This document shows, in pieces, positions 36,761 to 63,287 of a stretch of DNA of 64,000 bases. Position numbers and translations under genes: made by a program. How positions within the stretch are numbered: position 1 is the first letter of the stretch; each line of letters starts with the position of its first letter. The notes beneath the pieces were generated by a model that had not been told where the DNA came from, ran no database searches, and worked only from the letters and a program-made list of their open reading frames with translations. This stretch comes from Lingula anatina (taxonomy: Eukaryota > Animalia > Brachiopoda), in assembly GCA_051362555.1 (NCBI GenBank), contig CM120641.1:5456001-5520000 (forward strand), read 5' to 3'.

Positions 36761-37499
36761 AATAGGTCTCTGTAACAAAGAAACATTTAAATTAAAACTA
36801 CTAAATATTTACCTACATGTAGTTCAAGAAAGTCAGGTTGAAGCATAATTTTATTTTCATACTTCATTTTCTTAATCTTCTATATTATAAAAGAAAGGAA
36901 AAACTTTGCAGCGAGTGTGCTACTGTATAGGTCTGGAAGGATACTAGTATGTTACAGAAGGGAAAAACTGGAATGGCACAACCCAAGTCCTATTAGTACG
37001 TTTTGTTTCAGCTGTGCCTCAGAAGAGAAACCAAGAGGCATGTTAGGACTATTGTTCCTAAATAGCAACTCTAAAGGGGTGAAACAAAAACACATTAGTC
37101 ATTATGTGTCTTTTCAACCTCTAGGTGTCTCAAACTACACCGAAATCAGGGACTCCTTTCTTAATATTCACTTTGCTCTTTAGCCGGGGCAATCAAGTTG
37201 ACAGGACAAGAGGTGAAGTATATTCATTTATCCACTTAACTCTTCTTTGCTAAACCATACGATTCGGGGACAGTTTGAGTAGACATGAAGGGTCCAGTGT
37301 AGGTGGGCTTGTTTGCTTGTACTAGTACTGCAGTTAACTAATAACGGAAAGTGGAACCCTGCTCTGCAGACTGCAAAATATAACTGATATGCGAGATAAT
37401 TAAGTATACTTACTTTTTTTAAGGCTTTTGAACAGGATCTTTTTATCATAAGGGCATTTAAGATGTTTTAGGCTTTCATCCTGAAGCCCAAACACTTTA

Positions 37500-37727
37500 C
37501 CTAGAGTTGCCACTTCAGTTTTTAAAACTACAGCACTTTTGTGCCTTGAAAAGGGAAACCTGTGCCTACTTCCCGCGTTATTCTCTCGTGTAAACAACCT
37601 CGTTTTCAACATACCCCATAGTGCACCGCAAACATGGTTGAATAAAGGTGAGGGAAACGATGTTTGTTTGTGCGTTTCGTCTCATTTATCCATTCCATTC
37701 GATGTAATTTGGTTTCAACAAAAAGAT
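37500..37727. promoter_or_regulatory. Compact bidirectional promoter region between MGMT and USP31-like
   Basis: Divergent ATGs under 1 kb apart (36760 minus, 37728 plus). Candidate MGMT 5' UTR donors on the minus strand at 37500 (GTAAAG) or 37413 (GTAAGT). E2F-like TTCCCGCG at 37570-37577. Confidence 0.55.
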
Positions 37728-50421
<12,694 letters not shown>

Positions 50422-53400
50422 GTGAGGACAGGATTCATTTATTTTGTGAAGTGTGTGCGTTGTTTCAACCATTACTTGGTTTCATTATACTTGCCAATAT
50501 GAATTATGTATATATTTTTAGTAAGGGCAGCTCATTTGATACAAAGAAGACTAGAATGGATAGCATTATTGATTTAGGAGCATTTTAATTCTGTTTGCCC
50601 TTGTTACAGGAAGAGCAACAATGGTCTTTTGAGTACATTACAGTGTCATATGACCTTAACATATTATGTTATATTATGGAATTGTACATATTTGAATATT
50701 TGTGTTTAATGAAATAGTTGTATGGTTTATAATATGATGTGACACAAACTGTTTTAATTCTGTTATATAAAATTTAAGAATAAAACAGTTGGGTTGGTTA
50801 AAAAAGAAAGTTGAAATTTAAATGATTGGACACAAAGAATGGTCTAGCCATTGATGAAGCTCTTTCTCAATATTTTGTGTTGTGCTCTCTCTCAATATTT
50901 ACTTTAGAATATTCCACAAGTACAAATTGATTTGATGTATTTTTGCATTGTATGATAACAAAGATTTGCTAGTTGTTCCTATATTGACATGGGTATGAAA
51001 TGCAAAATTCAATTCAGAAAAAACATGAAATATTATTACCCACAAGGATTAGAAGCTGAGAAATCCAAGATGTAATTAAATGATAGATTGCTGGTTCTTT
51101 GAGTTAGTTTTCAGGATGGTGCTAAAATTCATGATTTTTCACTTCTCCCAAGTCATTTTGATCTGAATTCATTTCCTGACTCCTTTTGCAGGAAGTTTGA
51201 AGGTGTGAATATTCCGTTATTGCTATTTCAGATTGTGTCAGAAATGTTATCTGTAATGAATATCACAGGTTCATCTGTCTTTTGCCTCTAACTGAGAAGA
51301 TCCACATCAATTTTTTTATGACTTAAGTCATAGGTGCTGTATTTTACTGTGTAGACACAAATCCCTGATTATAAACAGATAAACTGTTTATTAATGTTAA
51401 GTTTCCAACTGTTATTAACATTTCATTACTGTTTGGAGGCCGGGATGTTTGCCAACTGGGAGACCGACCAAAACAGATAAAATATTAGCATTGAAACTGA
51501 TGTATTTTCAGTGTTCTTGTTCTTTAAAGTTAAACCATTTAATGGTTTTGATTGTTTTTCGTGTGACAGCTATGGAAAAATTGTTGTTAAAAATAAATTA
51601 GGTGCTTGTTACAGCAGAGCAGTGGCATTGTTGGGCCCTGGCTGTTCACATAACTTAAGAAAAAAGGTGTCAAAGAAAATGGCATCTTGAAAGATGTTGC
51701 ATGTTTGAATTATTGTAATTTAATATTGGAGGTTTGCCTAAAATCAGACCAAAGGTGGAATGGTCTAATTGAGCACTGAGTTCTTACATTGCTACAAAGG
51801 GATGTCCAATGGATAAGAATTACAGTCCCTGAACGAAGATTATCTCTTATATTTGAATGTACTGTAAATTATTATTTGCAAAAATGAAACAGACATGCCT
51901 AAAAAAATCTCTGTAAGAGTAGAGAAATTCATGTTATTTTTAAAAACGTGTAAATATTTTGAAACCTTGTCTGGAGTTGGTTCTTATTTGGCATTGACAA
52001 GCTTGTATTTATGTGGCCTTTGCTTTTTAAAGATGATTTTTAACTATTTGTGAGGATCATTATTTTTCTGTAGTACAGTTTTCATTTCATTTATTTTCAT
52101 TTTTACACAATATTTTTGCTGACATTATTTCATGTACCTAAAAGTTTTGACCTTCTCTGTTCCTCACACTGAATGGGCTCTATCAGAATGGGCTCTGTCT
52201 TTATGTCTTTTGGGATTGAGTATATGTTAGCAATCTTTCACCCTATGTTTTCCACTGTTTACCTGGGTTTGTCATTTATAGGGTCAAGGCTTGAGAAGCA
52301 CCCAGATATTTCAAGTCTGTTACCCAGAGAACCAAAGGCATAACTGTATGAATGTATTTTATTTTGTAAGATATGCACTTAGATTGTATATATCTCTGTA
52401 AACATCTCTATTATTTAGTTGCAACAATTGTGAAGTGAAAGTTGACTAATTTAGGTATGAATTCCTCTGCAATTAAAATACATGAATGGATACCATATTC
52501 ACTGTTAAATTATAAGTAGAATTACTATTTTGTTACCAAGATGGATGTAAAAATTTTGGAAAAATATATCTCCCTGTAAAACTGGATGAATGGTTACTAT
52601 AAGAGTTGGAATTACCCCAGAAATATTCTCACAGGTGATCTCCCAGACAGTTTAAGAGCACTGAACATTGTGTTATATTGCCTGAGCTGTAATTAAATCC
52701 ACTGAATGTCATTGCACACCAAATTATAATGGCAGGTATCCAATGCCTGTGTCTTGTTTTAGAAATGTCTCCTGTGTAACCACATCTGGTATGCAGTGTC
52801 ACATCCATGGTGGATGTTGATTTATTCATTATTAGAAGATAGAATGTCAAAGGTTCAGATCGTTAGTGGTTGTGCAAGTTGATAATTGGTTGTGTAAGCT
52901 CCAGTGAGAAGTGGATTTCAATGTTTGTATATTTCTTGTAAATAATCTATGCTTAGCTGATGAGCTAATAAAAGTTTTTAATTTTAGTTGAACTGCCGTG
53001 TTTTTTGTTTTATTTTTTCTTTTTGTAGTATGTGAGGTTTGTTAGATTAAAGGGTGTGTTAGCCATTTGTATGATGCAAGTTGTGTTGCTGTGTTTTTAA
53101 GTGGGTGGGGTAATTGGATTGGGTGAAATCTTAAGAACATGCATCGGCTGCTGTTATTTCAGCCTGTCACATTAACAAAGGAGCATTAGTATACATATAC
53201 AAGAAAATTGAACATGTATTTTTGTTGAGTAAGAAAGATATTTATTTTGATCATCAGTCATTTCAAATTCACTAGGTATAAAGATCACAAACCTACACCT
53301 AGGCCCATTAAGTTTCATATCACAGTGCAACTTTAATAATAAAGGAAGAAACAAATGCGTAGAATACTGTGGCACAAATTATACTACTTTGATTCTCACT

Positions 53401-54236
53401 GTAGAATGCAGAACTGTTGGATGGATTGGATCAATTTGTATTTGTTTTAACTTGTGAGCTGTGATCACAACACGAGTGAACAATTTAAATAAGATATCAG
53501 AATCACAATTTCTTCAAGCATTTGCAAAAAATTCACTTCATCGCTACATTTATGCTTTTCTGTTCAATACAAAATCATGTCTTAAAATCTGAAATCAAAA
53601 AATGTAGTTTTCTCAGTCCAATGAAAGTAATGCTGTTTGTAACTGGAACATTGCACTTGTGCATATCTAATATATTATGCCCTGTGTTTCAAACTGGAAC
53701 ACCTAATTTTCAATACTAATGTTTTACTACAAAAGCATCAAATTGACAGTTCCTATCATATTTATAAACTCAAATTTACACATGGCCATCATCTTGCATT
53801 AAAAAAAGTGAAAAAAGGAACATATGCAAGGAAATCAAGTAGACAATAGAATTACAAATCAACCAAAAGGATGATCTGTGTTTTGAGTGCTTTATGTACA
53901 GTGCAGTTAACATTTACATTTTTTGGTTCAAAGCTCATTTTTGACTTGAGCAGAAGTTCAGTCGATTGTCTAACAGTTAAGTGACTTGACAAACCAATCC
54001 CATTAAAACATTTTAAATAGTAAATGTTTCCAAGTTTCCAAATCCACTGCACAGCAGCCACATTTGTCAATTTACAGCAACATTTAGAGAAAATGTAAGA
54101 CTGAACTTTAATATATATCCAAAAAATTCATGAGCATGACATAATTGTATTCATAAAAGGACACTCCTGACCAAGCAGGCTTTAGAACAATGTAACATGT
54201 CATTTTCCAACATTAAAAAACAAAACCAATGTCCTT

Positions 54237-57200
54237 TTATTCCTTGGGAATTTCCTCTGCCTCTTCTGCAGGCTGCTCAGGAACTGGAACATTTTGTTCA
54301 GTGGACTGTGGTTGCTGTGCCTCAGCTGGCTGCTCTGCTGGGGCTTCTGCAAAGGCTTCAGTTGGTATCTGAGGGGGAGGTGGTGATGGCTGGTGTGGTG
54401 CTTCCTCTGGGGGTTGGGGTGTTGGGTGAGGTTGTGGTGTGTGCGCGGACTGAGGGCGAGAAGACCCTGGATGTGCCGAGGTTGGGCGCGAAGAAGGACG
54501 TGCGGTTGTTGGACGTTCACCACCTCCAGAACCAGAGGACTGCGGCCTGCGACTAGATGCCGCAGAGCTTGGGGGAGGACGCACCGTGCGTGGGTTACGA
54601 CCGGGTGGGCTGGTTTGCATCTTACGTGATGGTGCAGCGGGGGCAGCAGGGGCAGTCTAGAAAGAAGGGAGAAAATATAAATGTGCGAGGACCATTTTAA
54701 CAAATACTGTTACAATATGACAATAACAGTTGCAGTGCTAGTAGTATTAAAACATTTGAGGATGTGCCACAACTGAATCTGTATGATTCTCACCTCTTGT
54801 GCCTGTAAATGTGTTGGTAGCCTGGCCTCTATTTGGCTCCTGGGGTCCAGCCTGCCTCTGTAAACATGTCCATCTGACCCCTTGATATCTCTCTCCTCTC
54901 TAGAAAATGAAGTGATGCATACACATAATATTGAAAACGTTTCCATGTGAATCAGAGTAGAAAAAATTTTACTAAGATTCCCAATAATTTACTTATTGTT
55001 GTTCTACTGACTGTCAAGACAGAACAGATGGTAATATGGTACATGAAAATGATAACTGAAATTTCTACAAATAAAAGCACATATGAAACAGACAAAGAGG
55101 GAGTTTAGCATTTTTCAATATCTTATTATAATGGATGTTTTGGGAGTCTGTGCACAGGCAACTAAAATTTAATCTCTGTTAAATCCATCCTTTGAGAAAA
55201 CTGACTCATTGTGTTTACCTTGAAAGTGCGAGATACGCTGCTGGTATCTCCTCCTCCCTGTAGATGTCCTTAGTGTTGGTGATCCTGGTCATACGCCTGT
55301 GTGGGAATGTGGTAGTATGGTTGCCACCGCAGGAACGCGTCGTGGCGTAGTAGTCCACCCCATCAGGTCCCATCATACTGGAGGAGACAGAATGGGTTTT
55401 ACTTTAAATAGCACAATAGGTTTAAAGTGTTCCAATACGGCTGGAAATGCATCCAAAACCGTCAATTCACCCTGAGTATCAGACTATTGAAAGCTGAGTT
55501 CTGTAACCAGCTACGTGGTAGTGGCTGTAGAGCAGAGTTTCCAGTAGACACTTGTAACTCAGGGTGCATGGCAACAAAATAAAATAAACAAACAAGAAGC
55601 CTCTCCAAAATACACATCAACATTAGTCCAACTCTTGTATTGAAGAATAATTTAGTTCAGTACAATGCACTATAGTCAAAAGAAAAGAAATATGTAACTT
55701 TGTTCATTATAGTATGCTTCTGCTCTGAGTCCATTTCTTATCATATTGCTTAGTTAAGGTAAAAAAAAAAAAGAAAGTAGGCTTACTAAGAATAGTAAAT
55801 TCTAGTAGTCTCAGGAAGGAGGGGTTTTCCAAAGTGAACTTTAAAAGAACGCAGATCATGCTTTCGCAATTGTGCAAGATGTCGCTGAGCCAAGGCACGT
55901 TCAAAGTTGGTAGTATTTCTACCAGAAAAGTAAGGTCTGGAAAGCAGGCAGATGAAGCAAAATGCAAAGGAAAGAGAACAATGAAAATAATAAGAATAAA
56001 AGAAAAAGAATCAAAGAATGTTCTGTTAGCTGAATGTTTCAACAAGTGCAATAGGTAGTCAGGTTCTTGGGAATTATACACGTTTGTGGTAAACAAGTTA
56101 TTTTGAGGAAGAAACAGTTTCTGTATATGGCTGGAGTTGAGATAGTATCTCAGGTAACATGCAATTAACGACAGAAGCTGGCTGCAGGTTGTAATTATTA
56201 TTGTAATCATGGTTGTTCATTATAAGAAGGGAAATGTGGTTTGTCACATTGGAATCATGCAATTTAGATTTTCACAAATATTTGGAAAAGATGATCACAA
56301 TTAACACTTTTTTTCACCACCATGCACAATAGGTCTCTTAACACAAAGTTAGACATAACATTTTCAAAGATTATTTTAAAAGGAAAAAAACATGCCAGGA
56401 TGATTCAAATAAAAACAAAAACAAAGGGCAAATAACCAAACTGATCCCAACCACCATCTACCAGACACGTGGCATGCAGTTACCTGTTGTTATAATAGAC
56501 CTTCCCATTTCCCAAGCTGAAATATGTGGATAAGTACAAAGAATCTGATAAAAAAATTGCGTCTAAAAATTCTAGGGCTAGTAATGGTAAAACACAGTCA
56601 AAAATAAGCCAGCAGAACAGTTCTAACTTCATCTATTTTAAGTCAAATGCACATATGGTAATCACTCACATAAGTTGAGCAAAATTAATTTATAATATTT
56701 TTATAACAGTTTTTAGTTACTAATTCCTGAGAAAGGGTTTGCAGCAAAAAATTTGTTTTCATTAGAAATTAAAATTTAATTATTTTGAAGAAAAAAAGTA
56801 ATAATGAAATAAAAGAGACAAGGATCTTGTGAGTAATGACCACAGTACATGTATCTCATTAAACTAAATTGCATAATATCTACAAGCTGTACAATAAAAT
56901 GACATATTATATGTAAAATACCAAAGCAGAGGTAAAGCCTGAAATAATTAATAATAAGCTTGCATACAATTCTATAAACAGTTGTATTCAACATAAAATA
57001 TCAACATCAATATAAGGGTACACCCTAGTTATAGAGACGCTGCATAATTGACAAAATCACACAGGATATATGTACCTTTTAGCATGTTGCCTTATTTGCT
57101 CCAGTTCAAATGTTGTATAGGGTCTTGGGGACCGTGTAGGAGGTAGAGCACCTGGTGCTGGCAGGGATGGTATAGGCCTGAAACAAGATGGAATTTACGT

Positions 57201-58639
57201 ATTGATTTTTATTCTGAAAATAAAATGGAATGCTTTTAAATTGAAAAAAAAAAAAAAAGGAAAATGATCATATTGGAATTCATTTATCTCCTGGTTACAC
57301 TTGTCAAATTGATCATTATTTACTTTTTGTACAAAAAGAAAAGAATGAAAAATAAAAACCAAGGTTTAATGCTCAAATTATATACATGTACATGTATAAT
57401 GGGTTACTCATTAAATTTCAGTATTTGTTTTCCTTTTTAAACTATTAAAAAAGTAAGCTACTATGTTTACAAGATGACTTAAACAAAAAACATACTGTGC
57501 AGGGTTCATGTCCACTGGTCTATCACAGCTTATGCAGTGGAATCTGGTAACAAGTTGTCTGGAATATATTTTGTATTGTGTCAAATATTTGTATATTGTC
57601 AAATGTTCATGTGAGAAGTATAAAATATCATTTAATAGTAAGGGTGCATTTTGCTTTAAAACTTATATACACTGCCACAGTTTGAAAAAGCTACATTAAG
57701 AAAGCCCATGTTTTCACCCCCACCTGAGGTTTTTACTAAATGATTAGTTTACAACTGACAGTCCTTACATTTTTGATTCATGTACAGTAAGTAAACATTT
57801 TAAAAGTCTTTAAAAGTCTATTTTGATATAATACATGAACCAAAATTCTTGATACTTCCATAAAAACCTGAAAGTTGAAATACAAGATTCTCTCCCCCTG
57901 AACAAAGACTGCTACTCACTTTCTTATTCCAGCAGCATCATCGTCAGATATTCCAAACTGAGAGACCATGTCATGTGCCTGTGTGGCATTCATCTTCTTA
58001 TTCAGTGCCTTGAGCTTGGCATCTATGTAATCTTTGAGGGCATCCAGCTCCATGCGGTCCAGCTTGCCCTCCACATCATCACTGAGGGTACCATGGGCCT
58101 TCTTCCAAGCTTCCTCCTGAAGTCACATGATTCATAAATGTCAAATTCAAATCAGTTATGGAAAGCCAGGAGCATCATTTATCTTCATAAAGAAGGTAAC
58201 TTGTACAAGTTAATCAATTGCTATATAAAACATACAAAACAGAATGGCTAGCATGGTTAAATACCAAAACCAAAACTAAATATGTAATACATCATTGAAA
58301 AGGCTTCAAATAAAATTACCACAGTACTTACATAAGCTGCCAGTTTCTCTAAGAGATCATTGATCATCTTGTTCAACTCGGCACATGTGCTGTCAAACAG
58401 ACTCCTGTTCACTTTTCCTTCAACTGATTTCTTGTCTGCTTTCTAAAAATGTGAAAAACATATAGCTGTAAAGTCATTCTATAACAAACTGAGCATTAGT
58501 TATTACCATAAATGTCTTCATTTTACATCAACTGAACAAAAAAAAAAAAAAAAAGACTTGGAATTGGTCACAATAATTGATAGACATATATATGTTTGAA
58601 GATCTCTTAATTTGAACTAATACTCATTAAGGTTTTTCA

Positions 58640-58706
<67 letters not shown>

Positions 58707-61700
58707 ATACAATATCACTTGGATTAACTTACCACATCCACTTCAGTGTCTACATATTCTTTGTCGGCCTTGGTCTCCTCAAGGCGATTAGTAACCAAGT
58801 AAATGTTCTACAATATAAAGAAGATGTTGCTGATCAAGTGTTGAAAAGTTTATCAGGCATTTCTGTCATGCAAGGTTGCTACACATGATTAAATTCTATA
58901 ATAGTGCTTGTCAGAATTTTTCTAAATATGAAGCAAACACAAAGCACTCTTTCTACAGTTCTGTTTTAATATCTTGAAAAATAATTATAATTCAACTTGG
59001 CGTTTTTAATATTATTTCTGAGTGTCCATAACAGAATAAAACAATACTCATTAAAAATATGGTTCTTGTGGAAATTACCTCTATTTGTTTCTGTCTGTTG
59101 GTGTTTTCATCCATGAGGAAATTTGTTGTGCCATTGAGCTTCTCCACCTCAGCCTGTAAATCTAAAATGGCTTTCTGTGCTCTAGTGATGGCTTCACTGT
59201 CCTAAAATCAAACAAAAAGTTTTAATGATATTTACAAAAGCATTCCCAATACAATTTTATTCAAAACTGAATTAAAGCTACAGTTGATAGCACAATGTTG
59301 ACAAAACCTTTTAAATTTGCAATTTACTCATAAAAGGAAAGTTAAGTACATTTTTAAATACAGAAAATTAATTAAAAAAAAAACAACAATCACTCTATTT
59401 AGGAAATCAGTTACACTCTCTATATATTTTGTCTTAGTATAACTGCAGGGGGGTGGGGACAGTACTCAAACATCTGATTCAGTAATCAAACATTTCATAT
59501 ATGATTATACATGTGACATGTATACAACTGACCAAATTTCCAGAGTCACTACTTCCTCCACGCGCCTGTAAACTCTCATCAACATAGCTAAATAAATCCT
59601 TTAGTTCTTTTTCAACATTTTCTACTTTCTGTCTTAAATGTGCCAACTGTTTATTAATTTCTCCTCCAAGGTGGTTCAATTTTTTCCCAAGATTTTTAAT
59701 GTCAGAGGACTGCTGGGCAAGACCTTGCTTTAAGGAGTCCTGATGCCTTGCATGCTCTTCAAGTTTCTTTGTAAAGTTCTGAGACAGTAATTCAAAAGTT
59801 GATTGTGATGTGAAACCGCTGTCAGGAGTGGCTGTAAAATCTAGTGAATGGTCTGATCTGGTTGGAGCTGAGAGAGGTCGTGAGGGAGAGGAGGGTGCCA
59901 AATCAGATGTAAGATCTTCACTTTCTTCTTTCTCCATGAGACTTTGCAGCAAGTGGACTTCTTCCTCAAGATTATCAATCTTCATCAAAAGCTCATCCAA
60001 CTGTTCTTTTTTGATCAGCTGTTTTCTGGATCTGATTGCTTGAAGAGAAGCTCCAGACCTCACACTTTTATCTTCTTCTTTTTCCCCTGCATCCACAACA
60101 TCCTTACTGTCTTTTATACTCTTCTCCTCAAGATGTTCTACACTACGTGCTAAATGTAATTTGCTCTCACGCATAGTGTCTTTAGGTATACAGTTTTCTA
60201 ATGTTGTTAATCTGTATTCAGCTGCAAAAAGCTAGCAGAAGAAATAAAAGAGAAGGAAGACAGTATATCAAGCAGATAGGAAAGACACACATACCTATTC
60301 AGGTAGATTTAGTATTGAGATTTAACAGAAAGTTGAAAATAAGCACAAGATGGAAATATACCGATGTACAGATTTAAAATCTTATTAATTGGAAAATATA
60401 AGATGATGAATTACAGGAAAGCTTAGAAATAAAAGCAAGATGCAAAGTGTCAAGCGATAGCTTTAAAAAAATCTATTTCTATCATTTTTCAAGAGAGCCC
60501 AGGTTTTTACTCCCACCTGGAATTTAACAAATGCAAATATCCATTTTGATAGTGAATGAAAAATTACCTTTTCTCTCAGTTTGTATAATGCATCCAGCTC
60601 ATCCTTGAGGTTTTGGATTTTTTCTAAGAGATCATCTGGAATACCTGCATAAATCAACACATTCATTATTTTTCATGTTTCTGATATTTAGGGCACAATT
60701 TTATGAAAGCACTCACATAAGTTATGGTGTTCCTGTGTTACTTAAATCAGATACATGATGATATTTGCAACAAAAAATGATCTTAATGTGATTAAATTTA
60801 CACATAATTTGTACTCACATACAAGATCATATAAGGCTCGTTTTTTTAAAATAGTTTCCACTTATAATATCAAACAAGACATACTATCCCAGTGGGAATA
60901 AAATGAAAAGAATAAACTTTAATGCATGAAATAAAAAATTAAGGTTAAAGATTTTATTCACGAATCTAAAATTAAATACACAAAAAATAGTCAAGTGTCA
61001 GTGTTAAAAATAATCATTTAAAGAACTCTAATTCCAAACCTCAAATATTCCTTAAAATAAAATAATGCATATCATGTGAGAAGATTTGAACACCACAGTT
61101 TCAACTTACTTATTCCTTTAGCAGTTTTCACTTTAAAAGTAATAATAAAAAGTAAGTTTAAATATCATTCTACACCTACAAGCAATACAATTAACACAGA
61201 CATTTGCCCTGATTCTTATCAAAACTGGATACAATTGATGTACAATATCTCATAAAAGGAAAGATCATATTGGATAACGTGTAATAGTGCAAACAGTTTA
61301 AGTACTTCAAAAGATACTTACTTAGACCTGCTAAAGCATCTTTGTCTGCTTTCTTTTTTAATTCTTCCTGAAATTGCAAAAAAAAAAAAAAAAAAAGTTT
61401 GAAAAACTTGTCAGCCAGTCATAAATGTTATTGTTATTTAAGTCAAATATATTTACACACACAAATGATGTTTTCATAATACCATTCTGATTGCAGCTTT
61501 ATACCGATGGGGTTATTAAAACCAATTCTGCTGTGAGGATGTAACATCAAATGTGACACTGAACAGGATTTAAATTTCATTGTCAACACATGACTTACAC
61601 ATGTATTAATCACCAATATTTAATACATTTATCTCTGTTCTTACCTCAATAATGTCTACCCTGTCTTCCAGCTTATCATGTCTTTCTCCAAGTGTTCCCA

Positions 61701-63287
61701 ACTTCTCCAGGATATCTGCCAGATCTTGGGACGGACCTGTTGAACTAACTGCAGACATAGGTCTGGCAGACACTGGGCGAGAAACCTGGAACGATGAGAC
61801 AAATCATCTTGATTTTTATGTTTCACATTTACCTTGGCTTGGATATTTCCATTGACACACTAAAATTAGCCATTTTAAAAACCTTAAAACACACTGCTTA
61901 ACTTTCAGTATATATTTCTATGCAGAGTGCTACCTGGAATAAAAAATGAAATGTTTACACATTGACTGTCAACATGGACACTTATTCCATGACTGCTAAA
62001 AGCATGGATAATCAATGGTAACAAGAAGTCTGAGAGGCCCCCTCTGAGTTTTATTTTACATGAGAATGCATTCATTGCTTTCTCTATAAACACACAGCAT
62101 TATTTCAGAAAAAGAAACTATTCATTTAGTTAAACAAATAAAAGTGATAACAGCTCATCCTGTAACAACAATTTATAGCTTTCTCTTCAATGAAAACTCC
62201 CACAAGAAAACTCCCACACAAAAATGGAAGAATGTGAGAAAAACATGGTCTAGCCAGTATGAAAACACATCTTTTCCCTAATGTATGTATTGGTACAAAT
62301 TCCTGCCAACAGAATAGGCATTTAGGCATAGCCTTTAATTCAGATTAATCTAATGAATAATATCTCAACAGCCAAGGTCAATTAACTGTTTTTCTGCAAA
62401 TAATTTGAACTTCAAAGTAAGACCAAAACAAAGTATCAGATTCAGAATTAAACAGCCAATACTCACTAGGGAGGTAGATTTTGTCTTTTTTTCAAAATGC
62501 AAACCAATCTGAATCATGCTTTTTACAACTAAATTTATGTATCAAAACAAAAAAAATTCAGCAGAACATTTTCTGCAAAAATTCTCTTCCAAAACTTAGA
62601 AAAAAAAGTAAAAAGTAAAAATTGACAAATAATGTCTTAAAAAAATACCACAAAATCAAACCCTGAAATAAATGATTCGAATAACATTTTTCATATTATA
62701 ATGCTTCTTAAAAATATATGGATAATAAATAAATGAAATTGATAATATAAGAATCTCATGCAGTTCATGCAGAGAAATAAAAGAATCATATATGCATCTC
62801 CAGTAGTATTGGTACCATATCAAACTCCGAGGCACTGGAGCCTGCAGAACTAGGTCTGGACTGGGCTGGGATTGCCGTTTTGGGTCTTGGTTTAGCCTGA
62901 GCAACAAATATATTTGTCAAATTTGTATCGCCTTCTTTATAAATTAAACTGTGTAAACGAAACTCCGCTTGCATTCTCCAATATTAGATGAAAATAAACA
63001 AAATGAGAAAAATTACTGATGGCTTTTAAAAAGATACATATCAGAGAGAGAGAGAAAGAGAGAGAGAAAGACAGAGATGTTCAAATTGTCTTCAGCAAGC
63101 CACTTAATACTGATAGATGTTGCATGAAAAAAAAAAAAAAACATCTAAAATAAACAAAAATATAATAGAATGTCATGAAAATAAAAGTGAAATCTTAATC
63201 CTGAGAAACACACAATATCACACCACTTACAACTTTAGCTGATGTAGGTCTGGATACATGTGGTGAACTAATGCTCCTTGCTGATTT
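54237..63287 (-). CDS. QRICH2: QRICH2 / C16orf96-like coiled-coil protein (DUF4795), 5'-incomplete; gene continues beyond the window
   Basis: Exons on minus: 63287-63231, 62896-62816, 61785-61645, 61367-61322, 60644-60568, 60231-59533, 59201-59079, 58807-58733, 58442-58332, 58116-57920, 57558-57496, 57177-57076, [56516-56484], [55918-55787], 55377-55219, 54899-54794, 54656-54237; bracketed exons are optional in-frame cassettes. Family motifs KADK repeats, KLDRMEL, DDAAGIRKQL, FHCISCDRPV, RPYTTFELEQIRQ, RSCGGNHT, IKGSDGHVYRGR. Confidence 0.8.
58639..58708. repeat. (TAAA)n microsatellite
   Basis: Direct reading. Confidence 0.95.

Noticed and set aside
37539-37727. N-terminal extension of the USP ORF in the ORF track
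   Set aside because: Depends on a TTG start in promoter/UTR sequence; the first in-frame ATG is 37728.
54197-54703. Several overlapping ORFs at the end of the QRICH2-like gene
   Set aside because: Alternative frames of one GC-rich terminal exon; splice phase supports only the frame ending at 54237.
55707-56210. 167-aa hydrophobic minus-strand ORF
   Set aside because: Mostly T-rich intron sequence; the plausible exon inside it (55918-55787) uses a different frame.
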